Assembly (NCBI GenBank): GCA_035299545.1
Contig: DATGWJ010000021.1
Span: 10,090 to 74,089 of the forward strand
DNA from: Minisyncoccota bacterium
GTDB taxonomy: Bacteria > Patescibacteriota > Minisyncoccia > Phycocordibacterales > UBA9973
DNA length: 64,000 nucleotides
Direction of reading: 5' to 3'
Shown piece after piece: positions 20,792 to 28,518 of the stretch. The notes under the pieces are model-generated. The model did no database searches. It saw only the letters and a program-made list of their open reading frames with translations, and had not been told where the DNA came from. Numbering within the stretch: position 1 is the stretch's first letter; each line of letters starts with the position of its first letter. The position numbers and the translations under genes were made by a program.

Positions 20792-20820
20792 TTGACAAAA
20801 TGAGGCACTTACAATATACT
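20792..20820 (+). promoter_or_regulatory. near-consensus sigma-70 promoter TTGACA-17 nt-TATACT
   Basis: TTGACA at 20792-20797 and TATACT at 20815-20820, with exactly 17 nt between them. Confidence 0.55.
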
Positions 20821-20827
20821 GTGTTCT

Positions 20828-20936
20828 GCTTGGAGAGTTTAGAGAGTATCTCTTCAAAGCCGTTGTTCATTTGTGCTTTGTTCATGTTTTTAGGGTTAAG
20901 GTAAGCGGCTTTCGTTTGACGAAAGCCGCTTTTTTG
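20828..20936 (+). ncRNA. candidate small RNA of about 110 nt (promoter to intrinsic terminator, no convincing ORF)
   Basis: Predicted start just after the TATACT box. It ends at hairpin AAGCGGCTTTCGTTTGACGAAAGCCGCTTTTTTG (20903-20936). No plus-strand gene follows. Confidence 0.35.
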
Positions 20937-20939
20937 TTG

Positions 20940-21237
20940 TCTAAAAAGACAAATAAAAAGCCTCCACGATCAAACGTAGAGGCACATGTAAGGTTAATTA
21001 CCTAGGGAAAGTTTCGTTCAGGTATACGCGCCTACACATTGAACAAATGAAGAAAATTAGATCGGGAAGGTGTACATTGTACCCTATCGCCTTATTTTCC
21101 ATTTCCCAGTGGAACCTTGACTTAATGAGTATATTACTCGGAGGAGGAGGAATGTCAAGGGGAAATTTTTAGTTATCAAGTTCTACAACAAGAGATACTT
21201 CCAGTCTCTTCCCCTTAATGGTATTTAAATATATTGG
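20940..21237 (-). ncRNA. structured 3' region after the RT gene (candidate RT-associated ncRNA)
   Basis: 300 nt with no ORF between the RT stop and a minus-strand terminator (CCTCTACG-TTTGAT-CGTGGAGG plus T run, about 20945-20990). Contains nested helices (AAGGGGA...TCCCCTT; CCTTGAC...GTCAAGG) and a CCTCCTCCTCC tract. Confidence 0.3.
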
Positions 21238-22644
21238 TTAAATTTTTAAGTTATATATATTATTGACTCTATTTATGTGTTTTTGTATAAATTTATATGA
21301 GATAGCTTGTGAAGCTAAAAATCTTTTATGGTGAAATAGAAAATCTGTATGTAAACATTCTTTTGTAATATCTTTTAATAAAGCAAGAAAATACTTTTTT
21401 TGTTTAGTATCTATATTAGAGTATATTTTTTTATAGTCTTTAAAATCAGGAGGGTGGGAAACCAAAAAATCTTTTGTCAAAATAAACTTTATAAGGTCAT
21501 CAATTTTCTTCATCTTTCCATCAGCTTTCTTGAGAGAACTTAGTATAGCTCTAACTAAAGTTCTACCTCCAGACCTCAGGTCTTGCTTGTTCTTTAGATA
21601 AAACTCAATTGCTTTATCTATGTTTTTTGAAGAAACAACATTATTGCTTCCTCCTAGTTGCATAAGTATTTCAAATGCAAAATAATTATTAAATTCAGAT
21701 TTTTTTCTTACATGAACTTTTTTTTGATTCAAATTCAAACCTATCCTCATTAAATAACTAGAGGATCTTGCAATAATGTTTTTTATAACTTCTGTTGATT
21801 TAGCGAATACTACTTGGTCGTCTGCATAACGGAAATATTTTGCTCCTAATTTATCACATAATTCTTTCATTTTTTTGTCATAACTTTGCAGATAGAAGTT
21901 AGCTAGAATACGGGAACATTCTCCAAAGAGATCTTGTGGTAAACCAGCATTTTGATGTACATAAAAATTATTATGCCTATTCCAATATTTAAGAAAATGA
22001 AAAAGTAGATATACAACTTCATTATCTTTTGACTCTATATTGCTTCTTATTATATATTCCAGATGATCCAATCTTACTGAATCATAAAAGTTTGCAATAT
22101 CCAATTCTGCCACATAAGAATTTACATAATCATCAACAGAATATTTATAAATTTTGTTTGTAAAATCACCCCAATTAGCTGCCCATGCTTGTGGGTTAAA
22201 ATTAGTAGATATTTCGTATTCTCCTGACTGTATAAATGTATAATAATCTCCTTCAAATTCTTGTACAGAGATAAATTCTTTATCATAGCTAGATAGATCG
22301 ACTTCTTCCTCTATCTTTGTTTCCCCATTTAAAGACCACCCACCATAAGTTCCCTCTACTCTGTTTTTTGCTATGTATTTTTCTAATTTTCTTGTACAGT
22401 AAAAATAAACACAAAGATCTTCCAATTTAAATACAGGAATTACCCTTAAAACCTGGTTACCCTTATTAGAAATTAAATAATTTTGTGGTGGAGAGGGATA
22501 GTATTCTCTGCTTTTTATTTTTATATACAGATTATTAATTAATCTTTCTTTATTAATTGAGGTATATGGTATTAAAGTATCTTTAAGGTTATGTCTCCAA
22601 AACCCCTTATCTAAACATATTTCCTTAAATTCCTTTTCATTCAT
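21238..22644 (-). CDS. reverse transcriptase (unclassified, 468 aa with a long C-terminal extension)
   Basis: RT motifs 1-7: YPSPPQNYLISNKGNQVLRVIPVF; AELDIANFYDSVRLDHL; GLPQDLFGECSRILANFYL; YFRYADDQVVFA; RIGLNLNQKKVHV. No maturase or endonuclease domain. Confidence 0.85.
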   Translation of the reverse strand: MNEKEFKEICLDKGFWRHNLKDTLIPYTSINKERLINNLYIKIKSREYYPSPPQNYLISNKGNQVLRVIPVFKLEDLCVYFYCTRKLEKYIAKNRVEGTYGGWSLNGETKIEEEVDLSSYDKEFISVQEFEGDYYTFIQSGEYEISTNFNPQAWAANWGDFTNKIYKYSVDDYVNSYVAELDIANFYDSVRLDHLEYIIRSNIESKDNEVVYLLFHFLKYWNRHNNFYVHQNAGLPQDLFGECSRILANFYLQSYDKKMKELCDKLGAKYFRYADDQVVFAKSTEVIKNIIARSSSYLMRIGLNLNQKKVHVRKKSEFNNYFAFEILMQLGGSNNVVSSKNIDKAIEFYLKNKQDLRSGGRTLVRAILSSLKKADGKMKKIDDLIKFILTKDFLVSHPPDFKDYKKIYSNIDTKQKKYFLALLKDITKECLHTDFLFHHKRFLASQAISYKFIQKHINRVNNIYNLKI

Positions 22645-23186
22645 TTAGTATTTTTATCCTTAGAACTTTTTGTTATAGAGCTTTTTGTCCCATCTTCAAA
22701 AGTTCCTTCTAGGGCAATAAAGACATCAGCTGGATGTATGTTTGATTGATCAAAAGCAAGTCTTCTTATTTCTGGCTCAACAAATATCTGAGTTTTGTCT
22801 TTTTTACCTTTTTCTCCAGCGTAGACAACTAATCTTTTTCCTACTTTGGATTCAGTAAGAATTGCTCTGACAAAATACATATTATCTTTTGAATCAGCCT
22901 TGTCTTCTGCAATAGGGATAGCTTCATCATCAAGATTAATAAATTTCATTTTCTTAAACTCTTTGGAATTCAACTTATCAATAATGTAATGTTTTTGAAC
23001 ATTAAATTCTCTAGGAAGAGTATAATTTTTTTCACATTCCTGACATTTTAACCAACAAGCGTGTGGGTTATTTAATATTAAAGAAAGAGAGAGATGATGT
23101 TTAGGGCAAAGAGGTTTTGTATATTCCTCAGATGAGTATTGAACATGCCACTTAATTCCATCTATAATTACATATTGGTCATCCAT
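22641..23186 (-). CDS. zinc-ribbon protein co-transcribed with the RT (181 aa)
   Basis: CPKHH...CWLKCQEC Cys/His cluster. Its stop overlaps the RT start (ATGA), which suggests translational coupling. Confidence 0.6.
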   Translation of the reverse strand: MDDQYVIIDGIKWHVQYSSEEYTKPLCPKHHLSLSLILNNPHACWLKCQECEKNYTLPREFNVQKHYIIDKLNSKEFKKMKFINLDDEAIPIAEDKADSKDNMYFVRAILTESKVGKRLVVYAGEKGKKDKTQIFVEPEIRRLAFDQSNIHPADVFIALEGTFEDGTKSSITKSSKDKNTK

Positions 23187-23192
23187 AATATC

Positions 23193-23546
23193 TTAAAAAT
23201 CATAACCGTTATTACCAAAGTTATAATAACTACTTGTCTGTATACTTTTAACCAAAGTTCCTTTATTTCTACAATCAGGACACTCTTGCTCTTCAAGTTT
23301 AGCCCCTTTTGGAATATCAAAACCCTTTTTTGAGAAATTGCAGTTAGTGCATTCAGTATCTAATTTATAGAATTCTGGGATTTTATCATTCATGAGCAGA
23401 TTATAGCAAATTCTTAATAAAATACAAAAATATTTAGGGTCACTAAGGTATGCTTCGCATTCTATCCCAATGTGGTCACAAGTTACTAAATATTTTTCTT
23501 CAAGTATTCGAAAAATATGTAAGTACTCGCGACCCCAGCTCGGCAA
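23193..23546 (-). CDS. cysteine-rich small protein (117 aa), first gene of the RT operon. Start uncertain, apparently TTG
   Basis: TCDH, ECEAY, CTNC and CPDC pairs. Paralogous segment shared with ORF 25201..25440. Confidence 0.45.
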   Translation of the reverse strand: MPSWGREYLHIFRILEEKYLVTCDHIGIECEAYLSDPKYFCILLRICYNLLMNDKIPEFYKLDTECTNCNFSKKGFDIPKGAKLEEQECPDCRNKGTLVKSIQTSSYYNFGNNGYDF

Positions 23547-23625
23547 TTTTTCTGCTGAAAAATTATGCCTGTGCTTTCACAAAAGCGAAAAAGACTGGAG
23601 CAGTCCAGTCTTTTTAAATTCATGC

Positions 23626-23662
23626 TTTTGTGACCCTAGGGGTTAATAATTGGGGACGGATT
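23626..23662. repeat. degenerate copy of the tRNA-Glu 3' half (att-like footprint), copy 1
   Basis: TTTTGTGACCCTAGGGGTTAATAATTGGGGACGGATT versus the tRNA plus-strand AATTTGTGACCCTACCGGGAATCGAACCCGGATT. Preceded by hairpin GACTGGAGCAGTCCAGTC plus T run, as the tRNA is. Confidence 0.6.
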
Positions 23663-23812
23663 GTGGAGGATATAAAGGTATTTATAAGCTATGTTGATTT
23701 CTTGGTATATAAACACAATAGAAAGCTTGACATATCTACTTTTTTGTGCTAATCTCTAGAAAAGAACTTATTTGAAAATAAACTAATATATTCACTAATA
23801 AATGACAAAGGT

Positions 23813-24577
23813 ATGGGACACAGAACACTTAAAAGGGTGCCATTAAATTTTAATGCACCACTAAACAAAGTTTGGAAGGGATATTTAAATCCGTTTCCAG
23901 GACCACGAGAATGTAATCATTGCAAAGGTAGTGGGTATAATAATGCTACTAGGAAAATTGCAGATGATTATTATGGCCATTACTCTCAAAGAAGTCGTCG
24001 CTGGTGTGATAACATTACACAGGATGAAGTGCAAGCCCTCGTTGATGCTGGTCGTCTTTGGGATTTTACCAGAGTTCCCCTTAATGAAAAACAACTGAAA
24101 GATGTTTTGCCTAATGGCTGGCTTCCGTATGATAATGGAAAAATTCCTACAGCAGAAGAAGTTAACGCTTGGAGTGTTAAAGGTATTGGCCACGACACTT
24201 TTAATAAATCTATTTTAATTGAAACAAGAGCCAAACGTTTACATGTCTTCGGTTATTGTCCTCATTGTAAAGGAAAAGGAGAAACAAAACTTCCAAGGAA
24301 GATGAAAAAACGTTATCAAAACTGGCGGAAACATGATCCTCCACAAGGAGAAGGATTCCAGTTGTGGTCAACTACAACAGGAGGATCACCATTTAGCCCT
24401 GTTTTTGAAAATGCTGAACAACTTGCAGTATGGTGTGCAGATAATGCTACTATTTTTGCAGATTATAAACTAACTGCCAAAGAGTGGCTCCAGGTATTTG
24501 CAGATGAACATGTTCTTGATCTAGAAAGTTCCTGTATAATTGTAGTGAAAAAAGAAGCAGAATTTTGCTTAAATTAA
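23813..24577 (+). CDS. hypothetical protein with two CxxCxGxG zinc-finger motifs
   Basis: CNHCKGSGY and CPHCKGKGE. Own TTGACA-17 nt-TAATCT promoter at about 23737-23765 and a hairpin terminator at 24601-24632. Confidence 0.55.
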   Translation: MGHRTLKRVPLNFNAPLNKVWKGYLNPFPGPRECNHCKGSGYNNATRKIADDYYGHYSQRSRRWCDNITQDEVQALVDAGRLWDFTRVPLNEKQLKDVLPNGWLPYDNGKIPTAEEVNAWSVKGIGHDTFNKSILIETRAKRLHVFGYCPHCKGKGETKLPRKMKKRYQNWRKHDPPQGEGFQLWSTTTGGSPFSPVFENAEQLAVWCADNATIFADYKLTAKEWLQVFADEHVLDLESSCIIVVKKEAEFCLN

Positions 24578-24663
24578 TTGTTCATAAAAATTATTATTCT
24601 CTCCAATGGTTATAAGCCATTGGAGTTTTTTTATTTAAAAACACCCTCTTTTGAGAGTTTTTT

Positions 24664-24701
24664 AATTTGTGACCCTAGAGGTTAGTAGTTGGGGACAGAT
24701 T
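24664..24701. repeat. degenerate copy of the tRNA-Glu 3' half (att-like footprint), copy 2
   Basis: AATTTGTGACCCTAGAGGTTAGTAGTTGGGGACAGATT, followed by a TTGACA-17 nt-TATAGT promoter for the next ORF. Confidence 0.6.
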
Positions 24702-24786
24702 TTAGAAAATATAAGGGATTTTGGGTTTTATATTGACAATTAAATTTAAATCTGTTATAGTGTAATAAATTTTAAATTATACAATA

Positions 24787-25155
24787 ATGAGCAATAAAAT
24801 TGTGCACACAGTAATGACACAGGAAGGTCCCCGGTACAGAGTATGGTCAGATAATAGTGATAGATATGTAAGTCAAATCTTAACAGAAGATGAGCTTATG
24901 TTATTTTCAATTTTAATGGAAATAGAACCACTTCTGATAAATCATTTCTATGATCCCAAATATACTGGGGTAGTACTTGGTCACTGGATTCAGCGAGGAG
25001 AAGTTCTTAAGGATTGGAAGGTTGAATCAGAATTTATACCTGCTGATGATAAAGAGCAGGAAAAATATTCCAATATGGCAAAATCACAAAAAGAATTTCT
25101 ATTAAAAGCTGCCAATCTCTGGGAAGAATTCTTTCTTAATGGAAACATTAAGTGA
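24787..25155 (+). CDS. hypothetical protein (122 aa)
   Basis: ORF with an upstream consensus-like promoter; no motif recognised. Confidence 0.45.
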   Translation: MSNKIVHTVMTQEGPRYRVWSDNSDRYVSQILTEDELMLFSILMEIEPLLINHFYDPKYTGVVLGHWIQRGEVLKDWKVESEFIPADDKEQEKYSNMAKSQKEFLLKAANLWEEFFLNGNIK

Positions 25156-25200
25156 ATAACAACAAATCAAACGAGTATAACTTTTAATAGTGTACTCGTT

Positions 25201-25440
25201 TTATTTTACGTAACGATATACTGGAATTGCAAGTACACTTATTAAACCTAATAGGTTAGGGTCACTTTGGTATGCTTCTTCGCATTCATATTTTACGTGG
25301 TCACAAGTTAGACCGGGACCGCGAGTACGCTTATCGGTCATTACATGACCAGTACACCTTTTCCATTCGTGAGTACACTCACATGGAAAAGGTTTTCGAT
25401 TCCCGGACGCGAGATATGCAGATATCTCGCTTAGGGTCAC
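25201..25440 (-). CDS. cysteine-rich small protein, paralog of ORF 23193..23546
   Basis: GLTCDHVKYECEEAYQSDPNLL aligns to YLVTCDHIGIECEAYLSDPKYF. Chosen over the overlapping plus-strand ORF 25272..25460 because of this paralogy. Confidence 0.45.
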   Translation of the reverse strand: MTLSEISAYLASGNRKPFPCECTHEWKRCTGHVMTDKRTRGPGLTCDHVKYECEEAYQSDPNLLGLISVLAIPVYRYVK

Positions 25441-25481
25441 AAATTAAAAACTCCGACTGAAAGGTCGGCTTTTTTAATTTG

Positions 25482-25553
25482 TGACCCTACCGGGAATCGA
25501 ACCCGGATTACCGGCTTGAAAAGCCGATGTCCTAACCGTTAGACGATAGGGCC
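25482..25553 (-). tRNA. tRNA-Glu (anticodon UUC)
   Basis: Aligns position by position to E. coli tRNA-Glu: GGCCCUAUCGUCUAACGGUUAGGACAUCGGCUUUUCAAGCCGGUAAUCCGGGUUCGAUUCCCGGUAGGGUCA. Confidence 0.85.
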
Positions 25554-25768
25554 AAAATAATTACTAATTAACAATTAAATCAGTAATTGGTAATCATTAA
25601 TTACTTGTGAGTATAGCATTTTTGCTAAAATAATCAAATATTATGAGCGTTTTACCCTTGAAAAGTATGGATATTCTAGCTTGACTTTTTAGATAAAAAG
25701 TGATATAATATACACAAATAACTTGAAAATATAATAAAAATAAATAACGGCCTAGGAGGGCTTACATA

Positions 25769-26266
25769 ATGTCAACTCATACAAAATCACCTACTGACTC
25801 ACATGGAGAAACTAGTACCCCTAATGTAAGTACATCAAAAGTGTTCGCAATTTTTATAGGTATATTTTTTTCTATTATTATTATTATTTCAATAATAATA
25901 ATAATTAATAAGCCTAAAAAACTTAGAAATAACGTAAAAGTTATAGAACAAACAATGGTTAGTAATGTTTCAAAAACTTATGATCTTTCAGATATAAGTT
26001 ATGATTCATTATTAACTTTTGAAGTAAAGAATGGTGAGTTAATAAAAGTAGAACTTACTAATGATTGGTGCCCAATGTGGTCATCTGGAAAAATTAAAAC
26101 CTATGACGACAATAGAATTGAAAGAATTCTTGAGGGATCCAAATACATTAGAGGTCCTATAAGTACCCCTTCTCAAAATTACTTTTTCGTAAATAACAGT
26201 GCCTTTAAAATTACTGTTAAAATAGGAAGATGTAAATCAAAAACTGACTGTAAATTCAATCTTTAA
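25769..26266 (+). CDS. hypothetical membrane-anchored protein
   Basis: Poly-Ile TM helix. TTGACT-17 nt-TATAAT promoter and AGGAGGG Shine-Dalgarno upstream. Confidence 0.5.
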   Translation: MSTHTKSPTDSHGETSTPNVSTSKVFAIFIGIFFSIIIIISIIIIINKPKKLRNNVKVIEQTMVSNVSKTYDLSDISYDSLLTFEVKNGELIKVELTNDWCPMWSSGKIKTYDDNRIERILEGSKYIRGPISTPSQNYFFVNNSAFKITVKIGRCKSKTDCKFNL

Positions 26267-26276
26267 TCTTACTAAA

Positions 26277-27296
26277 ATGGAATTTGTATATAACTTAGGA
26301 ACGTTAATTATTCTATTCTTAATATTAGTTATTCTTAAACTAATATTACCACTAGTGTCATACAAAATGAAAACTTCCTTAATAATAGCAATATGTGGAG
26401 CAATATTATTTGCGGCTAGATTTATTTATCTTCTAATAGGAGAATTTAATTTATGGCCATTAATATTTTGTGTCATTTGTTGTGTTTTTATTTACAAAGG
26501 AAGTAAAACTGTTGCATTTAAAACAACAACTGGAGTATTTTCAAAGATTACTCAAAAGTATGTTGGGCATATGGATCAAGGATCTTTAAATTGGGCAGAC
26601 CCAATGTTTGAAGTAGTAACTATAAATGTTGATGGTTCTCCAAATATTTCTCTTGATTTACAGGAGTTAAAAATAGAAGTATTGTCTACTCCAGATATGC
26701 ACACTAAAGTCCGAGGGATAAGAGCTAAGGTAAAAAACATAGTGTTTATGCTAGAAATCATAGAAGATGAAATGCCTTATTTATTTGAAATTGAAGGAGG
26801 TGGAGAAACAATAAAGAAGCGAATTCTTTCTTTTATTAATCTTTTTTTTCTTGATGAAATTGGAAAAATAGATCCAGTTGATTTAGATGAAGATAAAGGA
26901 GAAATATTAAAAAAATTAGCTTCTCGATTAAAAAGATCAGTAAACTCTTTCTGTAAAAAGAATCATTATCCTTACAAAATTCCTAATGGTTCAATAGCCA
27001 CTATTGGTGACACAGAACTTGAAACTAAATACTATGAAGTATTAGCAAAAAAGGAATTCACCAAACTTGAACAAGATGGTTTTGATGTAGAAGCTGAAAG
27101 GATTCGTGAAAGACTTCTTACTCTTGGTAATGCACTTTTACCAACAGCAACAGACAACGAAAAGTTAAAAGCTGCTATGGTTGCTATTAAAATAACACCA
27201 AAAACAATCGAAGAAAAAACTTTTGGTGTTAATACAGAAATATCTGCTCTCTTAAAAGAATTAGCAGATATATTAAAGAATAAATTTGTACCTTAA
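26277..27296 (+). CDS. hypothetical polytopic membrane protein with a soluble C-terminal domain
   Basis: Two N-terminal TM helices; a distant SPFH-like flavour only. Confidence 0.45.
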   Translation: MEFVYNLGTLIILFLILVILKLILPLVSYKMKTSLIIAICGAILFAARFIYLLIGEFNLWPLIFCVICCVFIYKGSKTVAFKTTTGVFSKITQKYVGHMDQGSLNWADPMFEVVTINVDGSPNISLDLQELKIEVLSTPDMHTKVRGIRAKVKNIVFMLEIIEDEMPYLFEIEGGGETIKKRILSFINLFFLDEIGKIDPVDLDEDKGEILKKLASRLKRSVNSFCKKNHYPYKIPNGSIATIGDTELETKYYEVLAKKEFTKLEQDGFDVEAERIRERLLTLGNALLPTATDNEKLKAAMVAIKITPKTIEEKTFGVNTEISALLKELADILKNKFVP

Positions 27297-27302
27297 AATG
27301 AA

Positions 27303-27340
27303 ATCAAACACCCCGAGATAAATCTCGGGGTGTTTTTAAT
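27303..27340. terminator. intrinsic terminator AAACACCCCGAGATAAATCTCGGGGTGTTTTT (bidirectional)
   Basis: Perfect 10-bp GC-rich stem plus T run, between convergent genes. Confidence 0.7.
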
Positions 27341-27357
27341 TTCGTATATATAATACC

Positions 27358-27678
27358 CTATTGCATTTCTTGGATATTAATATTATTGTTATCTATTTGA
27401 ATTCTATGTTCTCCTATAGTGTTTAATATAATGTTCATAATTCCAAAAACTGAAACCATCACGAACATTCCTATTATCCCCCACAGCATATGCTTCTTAC
27501 TTGAATTACGAATTTCTTCGTTATCTGGATTAAAAAGATATTGTAAGATGCCATAGATAAAATATACGACAGCTAGAGCGAACAATAAAACAATTATAGG
27601 ATTTATAATTACTCTATTAACACTTCTAACTAGTGTCTCAATATTTGCTTCAGCTGTTGGTATAATCTCTAGAGCCAT
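27358..27678 (-). CDS. small two-TM pilin-like protein (TrbC/VirB2-like), paralog 1 of 5
   Basis: Shared core with neighbours: VVYFIYGILQYLFNPDNEEIRNSSKKHMLWGIIGMFVMVSVFGI. Confidence 0.45.
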   Translation of the reverse strand: MALEIIPTAEANIETLVRSVNRVIINPIIVLLFALAVVYFIYGILQYLFNPDNEEIRNSSKKHMLWGIIGMFVMVSVFGIMNIILNTIGEHRIQIDNNNINIQEMQ

Positions 27679-27681
27679 AGA

Positions 27682-28056
27682 TTAGTAACAATAAATACCA
27701 GCGTCAGGATTTGGAATACATGGGATATCTTCTTGTCTTAGTTGTTCAGGTCCAACTCCGAATGTATTTGTGATAAGTGATAGAATTCCCCAGAATGCTA
27801 CGATAACGAACAATCCAATAAGACCATTTATTATCTTACTTCTTGCATTCTTCTTAGCCTCTTCATCAGAAGACAAAGTAAACTGTATAACTCCCCAAAT
27901 AAAGTAAACAACTGCAAGAGTAATAAGTACAGGGATAGCATATCCGAGCAATCTTGCAATATTACCAAGGATACTGAATGCATTTACGCCATCTGCAGCA
28001 AGTGCAAGCATAGGCATAGAACCGAACACAACTCCTAACGAAATAATTTTCTTCAT
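27682..28056 (-). CDS. small two-TM pilin-like protein, paralog 2 of 5 (signal peptide ending LALA)
   Basis: VVYFIWGVIQFTLSSDEEAKKNARSKIINGLIGLFVIVAFWGI. Confidence 0.45.
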   Translation of the reverse strand: MKKIISLGVVFGSMPMLALAADGVNAFSILGNIARLLGYAIPVLITLAVVYFIWGVIQFTLSSDEEAKKNARSKIINGLIGLFVIVAFWGILSLITNTFGVGPEQLRQEDIPCIPNPDAGIYCY

Positions 28057-28177
28057 AAATAAATCTTTACTAATAAAAGATAATTCTTATAATTTTGTCC
28101 TTTAAACCGACCAGAGTAAAAAAGACATTAACTTTATAACCTTATTGTACCATAAAAGAACAAACTATTTAACAATT

Positions 28178-28498
28178 CTATTGCCCAGGAAGCTGAGGAA
28201 TAGTGTTTGAGATTTCAAATGTTCCAGTGAGGATAGCCACAAGCCCCCACATAGACAACATCACGAACAAACCAATTAACCCTCCGATAATAAAACTTCT
28301 TCCCTTCTTTCTCTTTTCTTCGTTCTCAGGATTTATGTAATACTGTATTACTCCCCATATGAACGCAACCGTTGCAAGTGCAAATAATAGTGGCACTACT
28401 GCTTTATACAAGAAACAACTTGCCCAGTTAACTATGCTAGTTAAATCTTGCATTGATTTACCTGAACAAACCCCGGAAACTGTAACATTATTATCCAT
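28178..28498 (-). CDS. small two-TM pilin-like protein, paralog 3 of 5
   Basis: VAFIWGVIQYYINPENEEKRKKGRSFIIGGLIGLFVMLSMWGL. Confidence 0.45.
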   Translation of the reverse strand: MDNNVTVSGVCSGKSMQDLTSIVNWASCFLYKAVVPLLFALATVAFIWGVIQYYINPENEEKRKKGRSFIIGGLIGLFVMLSMWGLVAILTGTFEISNTIPQLPGQ

Positions 28499-28518
28499 AA
28501 TTAATTCTTATTTTAATA

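Noticed and set aside
20694-20885. 63-aa ORF on the minus strand over the candidate sRNA.
   Set aside because: It overlaps the consensus promoter and transcript on the other strand. It has no Shine-Dalgarno and a poor start context, so the sRNA interpretation is preferred.
23626-24701. The tRNA-Glu-like repeats as functional tRNA genes or pseudogenes.
   Set aside because: Only the 3'-terminal 13 nt and the last 5 nt match. The T-arm equivalent (GGGGTTAATAATTGGGGA) cannot pair. They are att-like footprints, not tRNAs.
25272-25460. Plus-strand 62-aa ORF overlapping 25201..25440.
   Set aside because: The minus-strand frame has a paralog elsewhere (the TCDH/ECEAY module) and sits in cassette orientation; the plus frame has neither.
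20076-25481. Integrase, transposase or recombinase for the tRNA island.
   Set aside because: None of the island ORFs shows the tyrosine-recombinase R..H..R..Y or serine-recombinase motifs, or a DDE signature. No mobile_element feature was called.
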